A DNA stretch of 64,000 bases from Eledone cirrhosa. Taxonomy: Eukaryota. The translations under genes and the position numbers were made by a program. The DNA lies in contig OZ024740.1 of assembly GCA_964016885.1 (NCBI GenBank), forward strand, positions 438,154,001 to 438,218,000. Direction: 5' to 3'. Position 1 is the first letter of the stretch; every line of letters starts with the position of its first letter. Below, one piece after another: positions 56,001 through 64,000 of this stretch. The notes under the pieces are model-generated. The model was given only the letters and a program-made list of their open reading frames with translations. It was not told the DNA's origin and did not search any database.

Positions 56001-59000
56001 TAGAACATACCTTTATAGTACATACCTTTATAGTACATACCTTAATAGAACATACCTTTATAGAACATAGCTTTATAGAACACACCTTAATAGAACACAC
56101 CTTTATAGAACATAGCTTAATAGAACATACCTTTATAGAACAGACCTTTATAGAACATACCTTTATTGAACAGACCTTTATAGAATATACCTTTATAGAA
56201 CATCCCTTTATAGAACATACCTTTATAGAATAGACCTTTATAGAAAAGACCTTCATAGAACATACCTTTATAGAACATACCTTTATAGAACACACCTTTA
56301 TAGAATAGACCTTTATAGAACATACCTCTATAGAACATAGCTTTATAGAATAGACCTTTATAGAACATACCTTTATAGAATAGACCTTTATAGAACATAC
56401 CTTTTTAGAACACACCTTTATAGAACATACATTTATAGAACACACCTTTATAAAACATACCTTTATATTACACAACATTATAGTACACACCTTTAGCGTA
56501 CATACCTTAATAGTACATACCTTTATAGAACATATCTTTAGAGAAGATACCTTTATAGAATAGACCTTTATAGAACATACCTTTATAGAACACACCTTTA
56601 TAATACATAACTTTATAGAACACACCTTTATAGAACATACCTTTATAGAACACACCTTTATAGAATACACCTTAATGTAACATACCTTAATAGAGCACAT
56701 CTTTATAGAACTTATCTTTATAGAACATACCTTTATAGAACACACCTTTATAGAACATACCTTTATAGAATATACCTTTATAGAATGTACCCTTATAGAA
56801 CACACCTTTATAGTACATACCTTAAAAGAACATACCTTTATAGAACACAACTTTATAGTACATACATTAATAGAACATACCTTAATAGAACATACCTTTA
56901 TAGAACATACCTTTATAGAACATACCTTTATTATTATTACCTTTATAGAACACACCTTTATAGAATACACCTTTATAGAACATACCTTTATAGAACACAC
57001 CTTTATAGAACAGACCTTTATAGAACATAACTTTATAGAACACACCTTTATAGAACATACCTTTATAGAACATACCTTTATAGAACATACCTTTATAGAA
57101 TACACCTTAATAGAACACACCTTTATAGAACACACCTTAATAGAACATGCCATTATAGAACAGACCTTTATAGAACATATCTTTATAGAACACACCTTAA
57201 TAGAACATGCCTTTATAGAACAGACCTTTATAGAACATACCTTTATAGAACACACCTTAATAGAACATGCCTTTATAGAACAGACCTTTATAGAACATAC
57301 CTTTATAGTACATAACTTTATAGTACATGCCTTTATAGTTACTACCTTTATAGAACATACCTTAATAGAACATACCTTTATAGAACAAACCTTTATAGTA
57401 CACATCTTTATAGAACACACCTTAATAGAACATGCCTTTATAGAACAGGCCTTTATAGAACAGGCATTTATAGAACAGACCTTAATAGAAAATACCTTTA
57501 TAGAACACACATTTATAGACCATACCTTAATAGAACATACCTTTATAGAACAGACCTTTATAGAACATACCTTTATAGAACATAACTTTATATAACACAC
57601 CTTAATAGAACATACCTTTATAGAACATACCTTTATAGAACACACCTTTATAGAACATACCTTTATAGAATATACCTTTCTTGAACATACCTTTATAGAA
57701 ATGATCTTTATAGAACATACCTTTATAGTACATACCCTTATAGTACATACCTTAATAGAACATACCTTTATAGAACATACCTTTATAGAACATACCTTTA
57801 TAGTACAAACCTTTATAGTACATACCTTTATAGTACATACCTTTATAGAACATAACTTTATTGAACAGACCTTTATAGAATATAACTTTATAGAACATCC
57901 CTTTACAGAACATACCTTTATAGAATAGACCTTTATAGAACATACCTTTATAGAACATACCTTTATAGAACATACCTTTATAGAACACACCTTTATAGAA
58001 TAGACCTTTATAGAACATACCTCTATAGAACATACCTTTATAGACTAGACCTTTATAGAACATACCTTTATAGAACATACCTTTATAGAATAGACCTTTA
58101 TAGAACATACCTTTTTAGAACACACCTTTATAGAACATACCTTTATAGAACACACCTTTATAGAACATACCTTTATATTACACAACTTTATAGTACACAC
58201 CTTTAGCGTACATACCTTAATAGAACATACCTTTATAGAACATATCTTTAGAGAAGATATCTTTATAGAATAGACTTTTATAGAACATACCTTTATAGAA
58301 CACACCTTTATAATACATAACTTTATAGAACACACCTTTATAGAACACACCTTTATAGAACATACCTTAATAGAACACACCTTTATAGAACTTATCTTTA
58401 TAGTACATACCTTTATAGAACACACCGTTATAGAACATACCTTTATAAAATATACCTTTATAGAATGTACCCTTATAGAACACACCTTTATAGTACATAC
58501 CTTAAAAGAACATACCTTTATAGAACACACCTTTATAGTACATACATTAATAGAACATACCTTTATAGAACATACCTTTATAGAACATACCTTTATAGAA
58601 CACACCTTTATAGAATACACCTTTATAGAACATACCTTTATAGAACACACCTTTATAGAACATACCTTTATAGAACAGACCTAAATAGAACATACCTTTA
58701 TAGAACATACCTTTATAGAACATACCTTTATAGAACATACCTTAATAGAACATACCTTTATAGAACATACTTTTATAGAATACACCTTAATAGAACACAC
58801 CTTTATAGAACACACCTTAATAGAACATGCCATTATAGAACAGACCTTTATAGAACATATCTTTATAGAACACACCTTAATAGAACATGCCTTTATAGAA
58901 ACAGACGTTTATAGAACATACCTTTATAGAACACACCTTAATAGAACATGCCTTTATAGAACAGACCTTTATAGAACATACCTTTATAGTACATAACTTT

Positions 59001-62000
59001 ATAGTACATACCTTTATAGTTACTACTTTTATAGAACATACCTTAATAGAACATACCTTTATAGAACACACCTTTATAGAACAGACCTTTATAGAACACA
59101 CCTTAATAGAACATGCCTTTATAGAACAGGCCTTTATAGAATAGGCCTTTATAGAACAGACCTTTATAGAAAATACGTTTATAGAACATACCTTTATAGA
59201 ACATACCTTTATAGAACACACCTTAATAGAACATACCTTTATAGAACATAACTTTATAGAACATACCGTTATAGAACATACCTTTATAGAACATACCTTT
59301 ATAGAATATACCTTTATAGAATATACCTTTATAGAACAGACCTTTATAGAACATACCTTTATAGAATATACCTTTATAGAATATACCTTTATAGAACATA
59401 CCTTTAGAGAACATACCTTTATAGAACATACCTTTATAGAACATACCTTTATAGAACACACCTTAATAGAACATAGCTTTATAGAACATACCTTTATAGA
59501 ACATACCTTTATAGAACATACCTTTATAGAACATACCTTTATAGAATATACCTTTATACAATATACCTTTATAGAACAGACCTTTATAGAACATACCTTT
59601 ATAGAACATACCTTTATAGAACATACCTTTATAGTTACTAACTTTATAGAACATACCTTAATAGAACATACCTTTATAGAACACACCTTTATAGAACACA
59701 CCTTTATAGAACACACCTTAATAGAACATGCCTTTATAGAACAGGCCTTTATAGAACAGGCCTTTATAGAACAGACCTTTATAGAACATACCTTTATAAA
59801 ACATACCTTAATAGAACATGCCTTTATAGAACAGGCCTTTATAGAACATACCTTTATAGTACATACCTTTATAGTATATACCTTAATAGAACATACCTTT
59901 ATAGAACATACCTTTATAGAACAGACCTTTATAGAACATACCTTAATAGAACATACCTTTATAGAACACACCTTTATAGAACAGACCTTTATAGAACATA
60001 CCTTTATAGAATATACCTTTATAGAACAAACCTTTCTAGAACATACCTTTATAGAACACACCTTAATAGAACATACCTTTATAGAACATACCTTTATAGA
60101 ACATACCTTCATAGAACATACCTTTATAGAACATACCTTTATAGAATATACCTTTATAGAATATACCTTTATAGAACAGACCTTTATAGAACATACCTTT
60201 ATAAAATATACCTTTATAGAATATACCTTTATAGAACATACCTTTAGAGAACATACCTTTATAGAACATACCTTTATAGAACATACCTTTATAGAACACA
60301 CCTTAATAGAACATACCTTTATAGAACATACCTTTATAGAACATACCTTTATAGAACATACCTTTATAGAACATACCTTTATAGAATATACCTTTATAGA
60401 ATATATCTTTATAGAACATACCTTTATAGAATATACCTTTATAGAACATAACTTTACAGAACATAACTTTATAGAACACACCTTTATAGAACATACCTTT
60501 ATAGAATATACCTTTCTAGAACATACCTTTATAGAACAGATCTTTATAGAACATACCTTTATAGTACATACCCCTATAGTACATACCTTAATAGAACATA
60601 CCTTTATAGAACATATCTTTATAGAACAGACCTTTATAGAACATACCTTTATAGTACATACCTTTATAGTACATACCTTAATAGAACATACCTTTATAGA
60701 ACATAGCTTTATAGAACACTCCTTAATAGAACACACCTTTATAGAACATAGCTTAATAGAACATACCTTTATAGAACAGACCTTTATAGAACATACCTTT
60801 ATTGAACAGACCTTTATAGAATATACCTTTATAGAACATCCCTTTATAGAACATACCTTTATAGAATAGACCTTTATAGAAAAGACCTTCATAGAACATA
60901 CCTTTATAGAACATACCTTTATAGAACACACCTTTATAGAATAGACCTTTATAGAACATACCTCTATAGAACATAGCTTTATAGAATAGACCTTTATAGA
61001 ACATACCTTTATAGAATAGACCTTTATAGAACATACCTTTTTAGAACACACCTTTATAGAACATACATTTATAGAACACACCTTTATAGAACATACCTTT
61101 ATATTACACAACATTATAGTACACACCTTTAGCGTACATACCTTAATAGTACATACCTTTATAGAACATATCTTTAGAGAAGATACCTTTATAGAATAGA
61201 CCTTTATAGAACATACCTTTATAGAACACACCTTTATAATACATAACTTTATAGAACACACCTTTATAGAACATACCTTTATAGAACACACCTTTATAGA
61301 ATACACCTTAATATAACATACCTTAATAGAGCACATCTTTATAGAACTTATCTTTATAGAACATACCTTTATAGAACACACCTTTATAGAACATACCTTT
61401 ATAGAATATACCTTTATAGAATGTACCCTTATAGAACACACCTTTATAGTACATACCTTAAAAGAACATACCTTTATAGAACACAACTTTATAGTACATA
61501 CATTAATAGAACATACCTTAATAGAACATACCTTTATAGAACATACCTTTATAGAACATACCTTTATTATTATTACCTTTATAGAACACACCTTTATAGA
61601 ATACACCTTTATAGAACATACCTTTATAGAACACACCTTTATAGAACAGACCTTTATAGAACATAACTTTATAGAACACACCTTTATAGAACATACCTTT
61701 ATAGAACATACCTTTATAGAACATACCTTTATAGAATACACCTTAATAGAACACACCTTTATAGAACACACCTTAATAGAACATGCCATTATAGAACAGA
61801 CCTTTATAGAACATATCTTTATAGAACACACCTTAATAGAACATGCCTTTATAGAACAGACCTTTATAGAACATACCTTTATAGAACACACCTTAATAGA
61901 ACATGCCTTTATAGAACAGACCTTTATAGAACATACCTTTATAGTACATAACTTTATAGTACATGCCTTTATAGTTACTACCTTTATAGAACATACCTTA

Positions 62001-64000
62001 ATAGAACATACCTTTATAGAACACACCTTTATAGTACACATCTTTATAGAACACACCTTAATAGAACATGCCTTTATAGAACAGGCCTTTATAGAACAGG
62101 CATTTATAGAACAGACCTTAATAGAAAATACCTTTATAGAACACACATTTATAGACCATACCTTAATAGAACATACTTTTATAGAACACACCTTTATAGA
62201 ACATACCTTTATAGAACATAACTTTATATAACACACCTTAATAGAACATACCTTTATAGAACATACCTTTATAGAACACACCTTTATAGAACATGCCTTT
62301 ATAGAATATACCTTTCTTGAACATACCTTTATAGAAATGATCTTTATAGAACATAGCTTTATAGTACATACCTTTATAGTACATACCTTAATAGAACATA
62401 CCTTTATAGAACATACCTTTATAGAACATACCTTTATAGTACAAACCTTTATAGTACATACCTTTATAGTACATACCTTTATAGAACATACCTTTATTGA
62501 ACAGACCTTTATAGAATATAACTTTATAGAACATCCCTTTACAGAACATACCTTTATAGAATAGACCTTTATAGAACATACCTTTATAGAACATACCTTT
62601 ATAGAACATACCTTTATAGAACACACCTTTATAGAATAGACCTTTATAGAACATACCTCTATAGAACATACCTTTATAGAATAGACCTTTATAGAACATA
62701 CCTTTATAGAACATACCTTTATAGAATAGACCTTTATAGAACATACCTTTTTAGAACACACCTTTATAGAACATACCTTTATAGAACACACCTTTATAGA
62801 ACATACCTTTATATTACACAACTTTATAGTACACACCTTTAGCGTACATACCTTAATAGAACATACCTTTATAGAACATATCTTTAGAGAAGATATCTTT
62901 ATAGAATAGACTTTTATAGAACATACCTTTATAGAACACACCTTTATAATACATAACTTTATAGAACACACCTTTATAGAACACACCTTTATAGAACATA
63001 CCTTAATAGAACACACCTTTATAGAACTTATCTTTATAGTACATACCTTTATAGAACACACCGTTATAGAACATACCTTTATAAAATATACCTTTATAGA
63101 ATGTACCCTTATAGAACACACCTTTATAGTACATACCTTAAAAGAACATACCTTTATAGAACACACCTTTATAGTACATACATTAATAGAACATACCTTT
63201 ATAGAACATACCTTTATAGAACATACCTTTATAGAACACACCTTTATAGAATACACCTTTATAGAACATACCTTTATAGAACACACCTTTATAGAACATA
63301 CCTTTATAGAACATACCTTTATAGAACAGACCTAAATAGAACATACCTTTATAGAACATACCTTTATAGAACATACCTTTATAGAACATACCTTAATAGA
63401 ACATACCTTTATAGAACATACTTTTATAGTATACACCTTAATAGAACACACCTTTATAGAACACACCTTAATAGAACATGCCATTATAGAACAGACCTTT
63501 ATAGAACATATCTTTATAGAACACACCTTAATAGAACATGCCTTTATAGAAACAGACCTTTATAGAACATACCTCTATAGAACACACCTTAATAGAACAT
63601 GCCTTTATAGAACAGACCTTTATAGAACATACCTTTATAGTACATAACTTTATAGTACATACCTTTATAGTTACTACTTTTATAGAACATATCTTAATAG
63701 AACATACCTTTATAGAACACACCTTTATAGAACAGACCTTTATAGAACACACCTTAATAGAACATGCCTTTATAGAACAGGCCTTTATAGAACAGGCCTT
63801 TATAGAACAGACCTTTATAGAAAATACGTTTATAGAACATACCTTTATAGAACATACCTTTATAGAACACACCTTAATAGAACATACCTTTATAGAACAT
63901 AACTTTATAGAACATACCGTTATAGAACATACCTTTATAGAACATACCTTTATAGAATATACCTTTATAGAATATACCTTTATAGAACAGACCTTTATAG
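41100..64000. repeat. 15-bp satellite (ACCTTTATAGAACAT consensus), more than 22.9 kb, with higher-order repeats
   Basis: About 1500 tandem units; diagnostic variant blocks recur at 4152, 4530 and 4636 bp. Confidence 0.98.

Noticed and set aside
41040-63872. Dozens of long ORFs (KVCSI, MFYKG, RTYLY, EHTFI repeats) as genes
   Set aside because: Expected from a 15-bp unit that is a multiple of 3; several frames are open at once and are broken by indel units; no independent gene evidence

Overview
AT-rich eukaryotic repeat-dense DNA, probably from an octopod cephalopod (inferred from tRNA-derived SINEs that resemble octopus families). No intact host gene is evident; there is one candidate exon at 31325-31507. 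Positions 1-30000 are a nested pile of decayed retroelements separated by (TA)n tracts: the 5' end of a Tx1/L1-like LINE, two CR1-like LINE 3' fragments, and many Penelope-like elements (PLEs), namely Naiad-like RT/GIY-YIG fragments, a near-full-length Neptune-like copy and a Penelope/Poseidon-like endonuclease fragment. Reading the non-coding parts by eye gives about 15-20 type I hammerhead ribozyme (HHR) motifs, several with an intact core and helices. The standout is a non-coding 535-bp tandem unit (19171-20183) with two complete HHRs that have a long G-U-rich helix III, i.e. a retrozyme-like element able to release a 535-nt, potentially circular RNA. Positions 29000-41000 hold SINEs, MITEs, an RTE tail and two minisatellites, one of them an amplified SINE A-box. 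Positions 41100-64000 are a 15-bp satellite with 4.1-4.6 kb higher-order repeats. All structures and alignments were derived by eye, with no database search or folding program.
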